Assembly: GCA_963801955.1 (NCBI GenBank)
Contig: CAWDGS010000010.1
Span: 207,202 to 271,201 of the forward strand
DNA from: an uncultured Alphaproteobacteria bacterium
GTDB taxonomy: Bacteria; Pseudomonadota; Alphaproteobacteria; Rhizobiales; Xanthobacteraceae
Length of the DNA stretch: 64,000 bases
Direction of reading: 5' to 3'
Below the pieces are notes generated by a model, which was given only the letters and a program-made list of their open reading frames with translations, searched no databases and was not told the DNA's origin. Both the position numbers and the translations under genes were made by a program. The stretch's first letter is position 1; each line of letters starts with the position of its first letter. Below, piece by piece: positions 1 to 12,126 of the stretch.

Positions 1-2103
1 TCTTCCTCGACCGTCGGGAGCGGCACCGGCTGCGCGGCGGCAATACTTTTTGCGGCTTCCACCGTGTGCACCTGCTCGCCGCGATCGACCACGTAAGATT
101 GCTGGCCGGTCACGGTCGGATCCGCCGATACCGTGAGGGTGACGCGGAAGCGCTCTTCGAGCGCGCGCAGATGGGCGCGCTTGTGGTTGAGCACATAGAG
201 CGCGACTTCGGCGCGCGTGCGCACGATCAGATTGTGGGTTGCGCCCTTGATCAGCATTTCCTCGATGGCGCGCAGCAATTGCAGCGCGACCGACGACACC
301 GAACGGACATGACCGCGAACCGCCGCAGATCGGGCATTTCTCGGTCGAGCTCTCCAGCACCGAGGTGCGGATGCGCTGGCGCGACATTTCCAGCAGGCCG
401 AAATGCGAGATGCGGCCGACCTGGATGCGGGCGCGGTCGTGCTTGAGCGCCTCTTTGAGCCGGCGTTCGACCGTGCGGTTGTTGCGGCCTTCATCCATGT
501 CGATGAAGTCGATGACGATCAGGCCGGCGAGGTCGCGCAGGCGAAGTTGCCGGGCGATTTCCTCGGCGGCTTCGCAATTGGTCTTGAGCGCGGTGTCCTC
601 GATGTGATGCTCGCGCGTGGCGCGGCCTGAGTTGACGTCGATGGCGACCAGCGCTTCCGCCTGGTTGATCACGATGTAGCCGCCGGAGCGCAATTGCACC
701 ACCGGCGAGAACATGGCGTCGAGCTGGCTTTCGATGCCGTAGCGGGTGAACAGCGGCTGCGTGTCTTTGTAGTGCTTCACATGCTTGGCGTGGCTCGGCA
801 TCAGCATGCGCATGAACTCGCGCGCTTCCTGGTAGCCCTCTTCGCCGGACACGACGATTTCTTCGATGTCCTTGCCGTAGAGATCGCGGATCGACCGCTT
901 GGTCAGCGAGCCTTCTTCGTAGACCAGCTTGGGCGCGGTCGACTTGAGCGTGAGATCGCGCACGGTCTCCCACAGCCGCAGCAGATATTCGAAGTCGCGC
1001 TTGACTTCGATCTTTGTGCGGCTGGCACCGGCGGTGCGCAGGATCACGCCCATGCCTTCCGGCACTTCGAGTTCTTGCGCGATCTCCTTCAGGCGCCCGC
1101 GATCCTCGGCGCTGGTGATCTTGCGCGAAATGCCGCCGCCGCGCGGCGTGTTCGGCATCAGCACCGAATAGCGGCCGGCGAGCGAGAGATAGGTCGTCAG
1201 CGCCGCGCCTTTGGTGCCGCGCTCTTCCTTGACCACCTGCACCAGCATCACCTGCCGGCGCTTGATGACTTCCTGGATCTTGTACTGGCGGCGGAAGCGC
1301 GGCATGCGCTCCTGCGCTTCCTCGAGGGCGTCGGCGCCACCGACGGATTCGACGGCTTCGTCGTCGTGGTGCTCTTCACCGTTGCCGTCGGCCGCTTCGG
1401 GAGCGGCGCCTTCCGGGGTCAGCGCACCTTCGGCGGCGGCGGACGGCTGTTCGCCCTCCGCGATGGTCTTCGAGGGGCGCTTCGCTCGCTTCTGATGCAG
1501 CCGGCGGCGCGTTGAAGTCCTCTCGCGGCCTGATGGTCGTGCCTGTTCGTGCGCGTGTTCCTCGGAGGAGAAATCCGCCGGCGCCGCATCGGCCTCCGGC
1601 ATGTGCGGCTGTCGCGTCCGCGAAGGGCTCCGGAGCAGACTCAGCCAAACGAGGTGTCACCGGCGGGAGTTTCCGCCGCTTCGGGCGCGGCCTCCTCGGC
1701 CGCAAGCGGCTCGCTCTTGCACGACGTCGCGGTCGCGATGGCGGCCCGCGCTGCGATGGCGATTTCGGCCGCGTCGGCCGGCGCGATTGTCGGCTTCCGC
1801 GTCGGCGGCGCGCTGGTCGTGCTCTTCCTGCGCGATCAGCGCCTGCCGGTCGGCAACCGGGATTTGATAGTAGTCGGGGTGGATTTCCGAGAACGCCAGG
1901 AAGCCGTGGCGGTTGCCGCCGTAGTCGACGAAGGCCGCCTGCAAGGACGGCTCAACGCGCGTGACTTTGGCGAGGTAGATATTACCGCGAAGCTGTTTGC
2001 GGTTGGCGCTCTCGAAATCGAATTCTTCGACGCGGTTGCCGCGTAGCACGACGACCCGGGTCTCCTCCGGGTGGGTCGCGTCGATCAACATTTTGTCGGC
2101 CAT
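1..2103 (-). CDS. rne: Ribonuclease E (N-terminal S1 and catalytic region; the gene runs past the left edge); reading frame interrupted in this sequence
   Basis: ORF 1657..2103 starts MADKMLIDATHPEETRVVVLRGNRVEEFDFES...IYLAKVTRVEPSLQAAFVDYGG (RNase E/G S1 domain). The same frame further on reads ...LRLRDLAGLIVIDFIDMDEGRNNR...GRISHFGLLEMSRQR...CPICGGS. There is an in-frame TGA at 1657-1659. There is a shift near 320-326, after which GHVRSVSSSVALQLLRAIEE... continues in another frame. Confidence 0.9.
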
Positions 2104-2573
2104 TGTAAAATCTCACTGGGCCCGGAATCCCCGCGCGCTCGCGCGATAAAGACAGCGCAAGACGATTGATGGGGAGACAGGCCTGATTGGTGTGGAAGGG
2201 GAGGGCCGCGTGGCCGAGAGCTCCGCCTGCGCGCGCCGTCGTTATGGCGGCGCGTGGGCGATAGATCTCAAAATACCTTTGCTGCGTCAGTGGCAGCATG
2301 AAACTTACGACCCGTAGCGCTGCGGTCGCGCCTCAAAGGCGCGAACCGAGGTTTCTCATCACTCACGGCTAGGTCGCGAACGGCCCACTGGCCGCGCACT
2401 GATCCGGGTGTCCTTCACAAGGGTTTCGGCTCGTTTCGCTTGGCCGTCCGCCGACCTCCTCGAGGGGGGCGGTACAGGACCTAAGCGGCCGGGGCCCGAA
2501 CGCGGCACAACCGGAACTCTAACCATAAGCACACCTTACATACGGCCCTGAACCACCTCTGGCAAGGGAAGCT
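2104..2573 (-). promoter_or_regulatory. Long untranslated leader and promoter region of rne (shared divergent region with the amidase gene)
   Basis: About 470-570 nt without a convincing ORF lie upstream of the rne start codon (2101-2103). Long structured rne leaders mediate autoregulation in E. coli. No structure was computed here. Confidence 0.4.
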
Positions 2574-2678
2574 TTGCAGTTCGGCCACACCCGCACAGGG
2601 AATAGCCCCGCCGCTCAAGTTCCGTTAACCGAAGCGGGCCTTAATGGGTTAAAAAGGGACTTTAAAGGGTCCGGATTC

Positions 2679-3956
2679 GTGACAGCCCGTGCGACTGCGA
2701 TCATTGGCACACTGGCGTGTGCGCTGCTTTGCGACTCGGCCGCCATGGCGCCATGGCCGCCGAGAGCAATGTGGCCGCTGCGGGCGCTGCCGGCACCGAA
2801 GGAGCAGCCGGTGGTCGCGACCGATATGCGCATCGGCGGCGACGACAAGCGGACGCGCTTCGTCGTCGATTTGAATCGCAAGATCGACGTGGCCGCATTC
2901 ACGCTCGCAGACCCGTATCGCGTCGTGGTCGACCTGCCGCAAGTCACCTTCAACCTGCCGGCCAAAGCGGCCGAGCAAAGCCGGGGACTGGTGAAGGCGT
3001 TTCGCTACGGGGTGATCATGCAGGGCGGCTCCCGCATCGTCATCGACACCAAAGGACCGGTGCATCTCGACAAGGCTTTTGTGCTCGATGCGGCGGAGGG
3101 CCAGCCAGCACGGCTCGTCCTCGACATGGCGGTGACGGATCGCGCGAGCTTCCTGCGCAATATCGCGCTTGAAAATCGTCCGGCGCACAGCGCGACGAAC
3201 AAGCCGGCCGAAGCGCCGCCGAAGCCGGATGGCGACGCACGCCCGCTGGTCGTGCTCGATCCCGGGCATGGCGGCATCGACAATGGCACCAAGGGCTCGG
3301 GTGGAGAAAACGAGAAGGACATCGTGCTCGCCTTCGCGCAAACGCTGCGTGAAAAACTCGAGAGCGGCGGCAAGTACCGGGTGGCGATGACGCGCTCGGA
3401 CGACACTTTCATTCCGCTGGCCGAGCGGGTGCGTTTTGCACGCGCGCGCAGCGCGGCGCTGTTCATCTCGATCCATGCCGACGCTTTGCCGCGCAACGAA
3501 GGGCAGGCCGAGGGCGCAACGGTCTACACGCTGTCGGAGAATGCCTCCGACGCGGAAGCGGCGCGGCTGGCCGAGGCCGAGAACAAGGCCGACGTCATCG
3601 CCGGCGTTGATTTGACCGCCGAGCCCGACGACGTTGCCAATATCCTCGTCGATCTCGCCCAGCGCGAAACCAAGACCTTCTCGATGCAGTTCGCCCGTAC
3701 CGCGGTTGGCGAACTCAAGACCGCCGCGCGGCTGCACAAGCACCCGCTCAAATCGGCGGGCTTCAAGGTGCTGTTGGCGCCGGACGTGCCGTCGGTCCTG
3801 GTGGAGTTGGGCTACATGTCGACCAAGGACGACCTCAAGCAGCTCAATTCGCCGGTCTGGCGCACCCGCACGGCCAGGCGCTGGTGCAGGCGGTCGATAC
3901 CTTCTTTACGCCCCGGGTTGCCGGAGCCGGAGCCGAGGGGGGCGCAACTGACATGA
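2679..3956 (+). CDS. amiC: N-acetylmuramoyl-L-alanine amidase, AmiC-like (AMIN domain plus Amidase_3); C-terminus frame-disrupted
   Basis: The AMIN-like segment reads TRFVVDLNRKIDVAAFTLADPYRVVVDLPQV. Amidase_3 motifs are LDPGHGGIDNG and LFISIHADAL. A GTG at 2679 precedes a hydrophobic N-terminus. After ~3865 the expected tail (AQALVQAVDTFFTPRVAGAG) is in another frame (ORF 3884..). Confidence 0.8.
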   Translation: MTARATAIIGTLACALLCDSAAMAPWPPRAMWPLRALPAPKEQPVVATDMRIGGDDKRTRFVVDLNRKIDVAAFTLADPYRVVVDLPQVTFNLPAKAAEQSRGLVKAFRYGVIMQGGSRIVIDTKGPVHLDKAFVLDAAEGQPARLVLDMAVTDRASFLRNIALENRPAHSATNKPAEAPPKPDGDARPLVVLDPGHGGIDNGTKGSGGENEKDIVLAFAQTLREKLESGGKYRVAMTRSDDTFIPLAERVRFARARSAALFISIHADALPRNEGQAEGATVYTLSENASDAEAARLAEAENKADVIAGVDLTAEPDDVANILVDLAQRETKTFSMQFARTAVGELKTAARLHKHPLKSAGFKVLLAPDVPSVLVELGYMSTKDDLKQLNSPVWRTRTARRWCRRSIPSLRPGLPEPEPRGAQLT

Positions 3957-4121
3957 GCTACCGGCCTCAGTTTCAACATAAAACCCGGCAAACACAGGAC
4001 CACGCCGCAGCCTTTGTTAAGGACTATGGCGGCTTGGCGGTGGTAAGGTTCCTGCCAGTCTTGTGGCTCGCTGCAGCGGCGGATGAAGCCTTTAACGGGC
4101 CCAAGACGGGACCATTCGATC

Positions 4122-6603
4122 ATGAAGCTCATGCTGCGCTTTTTAGGCTTCCTGTTCGCGGCAGGCACCATCCTCTTCGTGGTGGGTGTGGGTGCCGCCG
4201 CCGGCCTGCTCTGGCATTTCTCCAAGGACCTGCCGGACTATTCGCAGCTTCAGGATTACGAGCCGCCGGTGATGACGCGCGTGCACGCGGCCGACGGGTC
4301 GCTGGTTGGCGAATATGCGCGTGAGCGACGGCTTTACATCCCGATCCAGGCGGTGCCGAAGCTGGTCATCAACGCCTTCCTCGCGGCCGAGGACAAGAAT
4401 TTCTACGAGCATGGCGGGCTTGATTTCACCGGCATTGCCCGCGCCGGCTTCGTCTATCTTCAGAACTACGGATCGAGCCGCCGCCCGCAGGGCGCCTCAA
4501 CCATTACGCAACAAGTTGCCAAGAACTTCCTGCTGACAAACGAAGTTTCCATGGCCCGCAAGGTCAAGGAAGCGCTGCTCGCGCTCAAAATCGAGCGCAC
4601 TTACAGCAAGGACAAGATCCTCGAGCTTTACTTGAACGAAATCTATCTGGGCCTTGGTGCCTATGGCATTGCCGCCGCGTCGCTCGTCTACTTCGACAAG
4701 GCTGTTAACGAAATCACCATTCCGGAAGCCGCCTATCTCGCCGCGCTGCCAAAGGCGCCGAACAATTATCATCCGTTCCGCCAGCGCGAGCGCGCGACTT
4801 GAGCGCCGCAATTGGGTCATCGACCGCATGGCGGAAGCGGGCTTCATCAAGGCCGCCGACGCCGAGAAGGCGAAGCGTACGGCGCTCGGCGTGACCACAA
4901 AGGTGACCGGCGGGCATATCTTTAACGCCGAATATTTCACCGAAGAGGTGCGACGAGAACTCTACGAGCGCTACGGCGAAAAGAAACTGTACGAGGGCGG
5001 TCTCTCGGTTCGCACCTCGCTCGACACCAAGTATCAGGTCCTCGCGCGCAAGGTCCTCACTGATGGCCTGGTGCGTTTCGACGAGGCGCAGGGCTGGCGC
5101 GGGCCCGTCACCAAGATCGATATCGCCGGCGACTGGGGCGTCAAACTCGCCGAAGTGAAAGCCTTGAGCGACATCGCGCCGTGGCGGCTCGCGGTCGTGC
5201 TGGAAGTGGGCGATCAATCTGCGCGCATCGGCTTGCAGCCGGGACGCGAGCCGGGCGGCTTCGTCAGCAAAGAGCGCACGATCGGTATTCTTCCGCTCGA
5301 AGGCATGAAGTGGGCCAAGACCGGCGGCAAGGCCCCCGGCAAAGTCAGCCAGGTCGTCGCTCCCGGCGATGTCATCTACGTGGAGCCTGCAAAATCCGAC
5401 GGCCAATTCGTTCTGCACCAGGTGCCGGAAGTTTCGGGCGCGATGGTGGTGGAGGATCCGTTGACCGGCCGCGTGCTCGCGATGGTCGGCGGCTTCTCCT
5501 ACGACCAGAGCCAGTTTAACCGGGCCACGCAGGCGCTGCGGCAGCCGGGCTCATCCTTCAAGCCGCTCGTCTACGCCGCCGCGCTCGACAACGGATACAC
5601 GCCGTCCACGATCGTCCTCGACGCGCCGGTCGAGATCGACCAGGGGCCTGGCGCCGGCGTTTGGAGACCTGAAAACTACGAAGGCAGTTTTGCCGGCCCT
5701 TCCACACTGCGTTACGGCATCGAACATTCGCGCAACGTGATGACGGTGCGGCTGGCGCAGGACATCGGCATGCCGCTGATCGCCGAATACGCCAAGCGCT
5801 TCGGCATCTATGACGATCTGCCGCCTTATCTGTCCTTCGCGCTCGGCGCGGGCGAGACAACGTTGCTGCGCATGGTGACCGCCTACGCGATGTTTGATAA
5901 CGGCGGACGGAAAGTTAAGCCGACGCTGATCGACCGCATCCAGGATCGTTACGGCCACACGGTCTACAAACACGACGAACGCGAGTGTGTCGGCTGCGAT
6001 GCCAAGAAATGGGAAAACCAGCCCGAGCCGTCGCTGATCGATCGGCGCCAGCAGGTGCTTGATCCGATGACGGCCTATCAGATCACGTCGATGATGGAAG
6101 GCGTCGTTCTGCGCGGCACGGCGGCCGGCGCGGGCTTTCAGAAAGAGGTCGGAAAGCCGGTGGCCGGCAAGACCGGCACCACCAATGACGAGAAGGACGC
6201 CTGGTTCATCGGCTTTACGCCGGATCTCGTGGTGGGTGTCTACATGGGTTACGACAAGCCACGCCATCTTGGCGCGCGGCGCGACCGGCGGCCATCTCTC
6301 GGCGCCGATCGTGAAGGACTTCATGAAAGTCGCGCTCGCCAACAAGCCCGCAGTGCCGTTCCGCGTGCCGCCGGGCATCAAGCTCATTCGCGTCGACCTG
6401 AAAAGCGGGATGCGCGCCGGCCCCGGCACCGAACGCGCGATCCTTGAAGCATTCAAACCGGGGACAGCGCCACCTGACAACTACTCGGTCGTCGGCAACG
6501 GCGGTGACCCCGGCGAAGTGGTGGCGGTGGGCGCGGCTGGGGCGTCGGTGTCAGCCCTGATGCGGATCGAGCCGTTCGCTCGGGCACGGGCGGGCTTTAT
6601 TGA
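4122..6603 (+). CDS. mrcA: Penicillin-binding protein 1A (bifunctional glycosyltransferase/transpeptidase); three frame disruptions
   Basis: The glycosyltransferase motifs are AAEDKNFYEHGG and RKVKEAL. The transpeptidase motifs are SSFKP and KTGTTND. The pieces are 4083..4802, 4654..6447 and 6185..6610. The conserved end GVGVSPDADRAVRSGTGGLY-stop is read in a third frame ending at 6603. Shifts are near 4795, 6265 and 6540. Confidence 0.9.
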
Positions 6604-6696
6604 GGCCTGAAACCTCGAGTGTTGCGCCGGCGCTGTTGCGACGTTAAATCCCCCAGACACGACTCAAAGGGCCGCTCGGCGGCAATGGAATTCGAT

Positions 6697-7828
6697 ATGC
6701 GTGCGGAAACCCAAAATCTGGTCGAAGAAATCAAGCAGTCCGTGCGGCTGCTGAGGAGGCATCTTTGACGTCGACACCGCGACGCAACGCCTCGCCGAAC
6801 TGAATAAAGAGTCGGAAGACCCCAATCTCTGGAACGACCAGGCCCGCGCGCAACGCGTTATGCGCGAACGCGATGCGCTCGACGATCAGCTCAAGGCCAT
6901 CGGCCGCATCGAGCAGGAGCTTGACGATCAGGTCACCATGATCGAGCTCGGCGAGAGCGAGAACGACGACAAAACCATCGCCGAAGCGGAAGCCGCGCTC
7001 AAGCGGCTGAAAGCCGAAGTCGCGCGGCGCGAGCTCGAAGCGCTGCTGTCCGGCGAGGCCGATGCCAACGACTGCTATCTCGAAGTGCACGCCGGCGCGG
7101 GCGGCACCGAGAGCCAGGACTGGGCCAGCATGCTCATGCGCATGTATGTGCGCTGGGCGGAGCAGCACGGTTACAAGGTTGACTGGATCGAGGAGAGCGA
7201 GGGGGAGGGCGCCGGAATCAAATCGGCGACCGTCATGATCAAGGGCCACAACGCCTATGGCTGGCTCAAGAGCGAGAATGGCGTGCATCGTCTGGTCCGC
7301 ATCTCGCCGTTCGATTCCAATGCACGGCGGCATACGTCATTTGCCAGCGTCGTGGTGTTCCCGGTCGTCGATGACCGCATCAAGATCGACATCAACGAGA
7401 ATGACGTCCGCACCGACGTCATGCGGTCGGGCGGCGCCGGCGGTCAGCACGTCAACAAAACGGAATCTGCCGTGCGATTGACGCACATTCCGACCAACAT
7501 CGTCGTCAAATGCCAGCAGGACCGCTCGCAACACCGCAACCGCGCCATGGCCTGGGACATGTTGCGCGCCAAGCTGTTCGAGATGGAAGTCAAGAAACGC
7601 GAGGCGAAAGCGGAGGCCGAGCAGGCCGCCAAGACCGACATCGGCTGGGGCCACCAGATCCGTTCGTACGTGCTGCAGCCCTATCAGATGGTGAAGGATC
7701 TGCGCACCGGCGTGTCGACATCGAATACGGCCGGCGTGCTTGACGGCGATCTCGACGAATTCATGCAGGCAGCGCTGGCGCAAAAAGCCTTTGGCGGCGG
7801 ACCGGAGCAGGTCGAGGATGTGGAGTAG
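6697..7828 (+). CDS. prfB: Peptide chain release factor 2, expressed through a programmed +1 ribosomal frameshift
   Basis: Frame 0 reads [23 protein letters not shown] then TGA (6766-6768). The +1 frame from GAC 6767 is in phase with ORF 6860..7828, which contains the SPF tripeptide motif and [13 protein letters not shown]. An alternative ATG lies at 6685. Confidence 0.93.
6753..6769 (+). promoter_or_regulatory. prfB: prfB recoding site: internal SD-like GAGGAGG plus the CTT TGA C slippery/stop context
   Basis: GAGGAGG lies at 6753-6759, CTT at 6763-6765 and TGA at 6766-6768 followed by C. This is the canonical RF2 autoregulatory frameshift cassette. Confidence 0.9.
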
Positions 7829-7831
7829 CTG

Positions 7832-9993
<2,162 letters not shown>

Positions 9994-10077
9994 ATTGATT
10001 TCGTCCCCGGGCTACGCTGCCGATCTATGACTTTTGGTATCTGGCAGGACGAATGGCAATGGGTCCGCTCTCGCGGC

Positions 10078-11420
10078 TTAAATACTGCCTAGCCGAAGGC
10101 CGGCGCGCAGGAATTTCTGCGGGTCGATCGCCTCGCCATTGACCCGCGTCTCATAGTGCAAATGCGGTCCGGTAGAGCGGCCCGGTCGATCCAATCCGGC
10201 CGATGACCTCGCCGATGCGTACGGTTTGGCCGACCTTCACGTCGATCTGCGACAGATGGCCGTACCGCGTCGCAAGGCCGTTGCCGTGGTTGATCTCGAC
10301 CATATTCCCGTAACCGCCCTCGCGGCCGGCGATGGATACGCGGCCTGTGGCCGTCGCGCGCACCGGTTCGCCGATCTCGCCACGCAGGTCGATGCCGGTG
10401 TGAACCGCGGGACGTCCCAGAAACGGATCCATGCGCATGCCGAAGGGCGAACTCATATCCACGTCGCCGATGACAGGCTTGCGCACCGGCACGGCAATCA
10501 GTGCATGGCTAAAGCGATCGACTTGCGCGCGCGCGACGTTGATGCGGTAGAGCTGCCGCTCGAACGCGCTGGCGCCGGATTGCGGTGGTTTCAAAGGTAC
10601 GAACGGGCCGCCGACCGATGCGTCAGCGGGCATGCGGGCGGCAGTCGACGCCGAGGTCGGCGAGCACACTGCGCATGCTGCGCGCCTTGATGTCGATGCG
10701 CTCTTCAAGATCGGTGAGTGCGGCCGATTGTTTTTGCTCGACCTTGTCGAGCGACAGCGAAACGCGCGCGAGCATTCCATTGAGACCGCCTGTTGTCGTG
10801 CGCTCGGCGACCCGGGTCGCGTTCGTTTGCAGTTCGCGCGATTGCAGGCGCGCCTCGCGGTCCGGCGGTGCGACGAAGATGACTGTGTCGTTGATCGGTG
10901 AGGGCCGTGGCGTTTTTTCTGCCGGCATCGCCGACGGCGGTGCAATCCGCGCCGGCTTGATCGAGCCCGTGCTTGAAACATCACCCCCGAGAGCGGTGGC
11001 GCGTTGTTCGAGCGTCGTTTGCCGCTGCAGCAGGACGTTCAGTTTTTTCTCGAACTGCTCCTGGTCAAGCAGTTGTCGGCTCATGATACGATCGACTTGC
11101 GCGCGCAGTTCGGCGATCCGGTCCTCATACGCAAATTGCATCTCGGCCTGCCGGCCGATCAGGCGGGTGAGGACATTGTCGCGGAATGCGAAATAGGTGC
11201 CGGTTGCGATCGACCACACCGCCATGATGACCAGCGTGCCGACGACAATCCAGAACGCGACCGGCCCAATGCGAATTTGATGCCCGGCGTGCGTGAGCGT
11301 GTAGCCGTCATGGCTGCGGTGCAGATGGCGCGACATCGTCCCGGCCGATCGCGCGGGTGCGTGCGCTGGGCGGGCGGTCTGGTTGGTTGCCGGGTGATAC
11401 GAAGGGGACGAATGCAGCAT
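10078..11420 (-). CDS. M23 family metallopeptidase with N-terminal TM and coiled-coil region; two frame disruptions
   Basis: Piece 10623..11420 carries the TM segment and coiled coil. Piece 10151..10984 carries FGMRMDPFLGRPAVHTGIDL and GGYGNMVEINHGNGLATRYGHL. The tail GRSTGPHLHYETRVNGEAIDPQKFLRAGLRLGSI-stop is read in a third frame ending at 10078. An alternative start is ATG 11336. Confidence 0.8.
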
Positions 11421-11544
11421 CGACGCTCCGCGCCGGCTCGGCGGTCATCGACCACCGGCCAGCAGGGCGATATCAATCCGATATGGTTAAGAAACCGGTA
11501 AATGCCCCGGGGTATGATCTTAATTCCCTAGTATTTGCCGGGAA

Positions 11545-12015
11545 TTAGAGACTACGGGCGGCTGCCAAAACCTCCTCGGCGTGGCCAGGCACGCGCACTT
11601 TTGGCCAGATCCGGACGATGCGCCCGGCTGCGTCGATCAGGAACGTCTTGCGGATGACCCCCATGAATTTGCGCCCGTACATCGATTTCTCGCCCCAGCC
11701 CCCATAAGCTGCGAGCATCGTCTTGGTCTCGTCGGAAGCGAGCGCAATGGCAAATTTATGCTTGGCTTTGAATTTGTCCTGCGCCGCCACCGGGTCTGCC
11801 GAAACCCCGAGAATCGCGGTCCCGGCCTTGGAGAAATCAGCGCGCAGCCGCGAGAATGCGATAGCCTCCTTGGTGCAACCGGGCGTGTCTGCCTTCGGAT
11901 AGAAATAGAGGACGAGGTTGCTGCCCTTGAAGTCCTTCAGCGAGACTTTGCCGCCGCCGTCGCGCGGCAGGGTGAAGGCCGGGGCCTTCGCACCCGCAAC
12001 AAGTTCTCGCGCCAT
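11545..12015 (-). CDS. bcp: Thioredoxin-dependent thiol peroxidase (peroxiredoxin Bcp)
   Basis: MARELVAGAKAPAFTLP...LVLYFYPKADTPGCTKEAIAF...GVSAD; 156 aa from ATG 12015. The long upstream extension of ORF 11545..12600 is not Bcp-like. Confidence 0.85.
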   Translation of the reverse strand: MARELVAGAKAPAFTLPRDGGGKVSLKDFKGSNLVLYFYPKADTPGCTKEAIAFSRLRADFSKAGTAILGVSADPVAAQDKFKAKHKFAIALASDETKTMLAAYGGWGEKSMYGRKFMGVIRKTFLIDAAGRIVRIWPKVRVPGHAEEVLAAARSL

Positions 12016-12126
12016 GTGCCTTCCTTTCGTCGTTTTCGAGCGGTCATGTCGCACATGCCATTTGCGTCGGAGGGGCGCAACGGGTTCCACAGATATGTGC
12101 CGTGAGCCGCGCCGCGTAGTCGTTGG

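Noticed and set aside
1657-1659. In-frame TGA in rne read as selenocysteine or programmed read-through.
   Set aside because: I see no SECIS-like hairpin immediately downstream. The surrounding region shows the same kind of frame damage seen all over the window, so an error or indel is far more likely.
4780-4810. Frameshifts in mrcA, sufB, argC and others read as programmed recoding events.
   Set aside because: None has a slippery heptamer or the SD-plus-stop architecture that prfB shows. They occur at arbitrary positions in about 20 unrelated genes.
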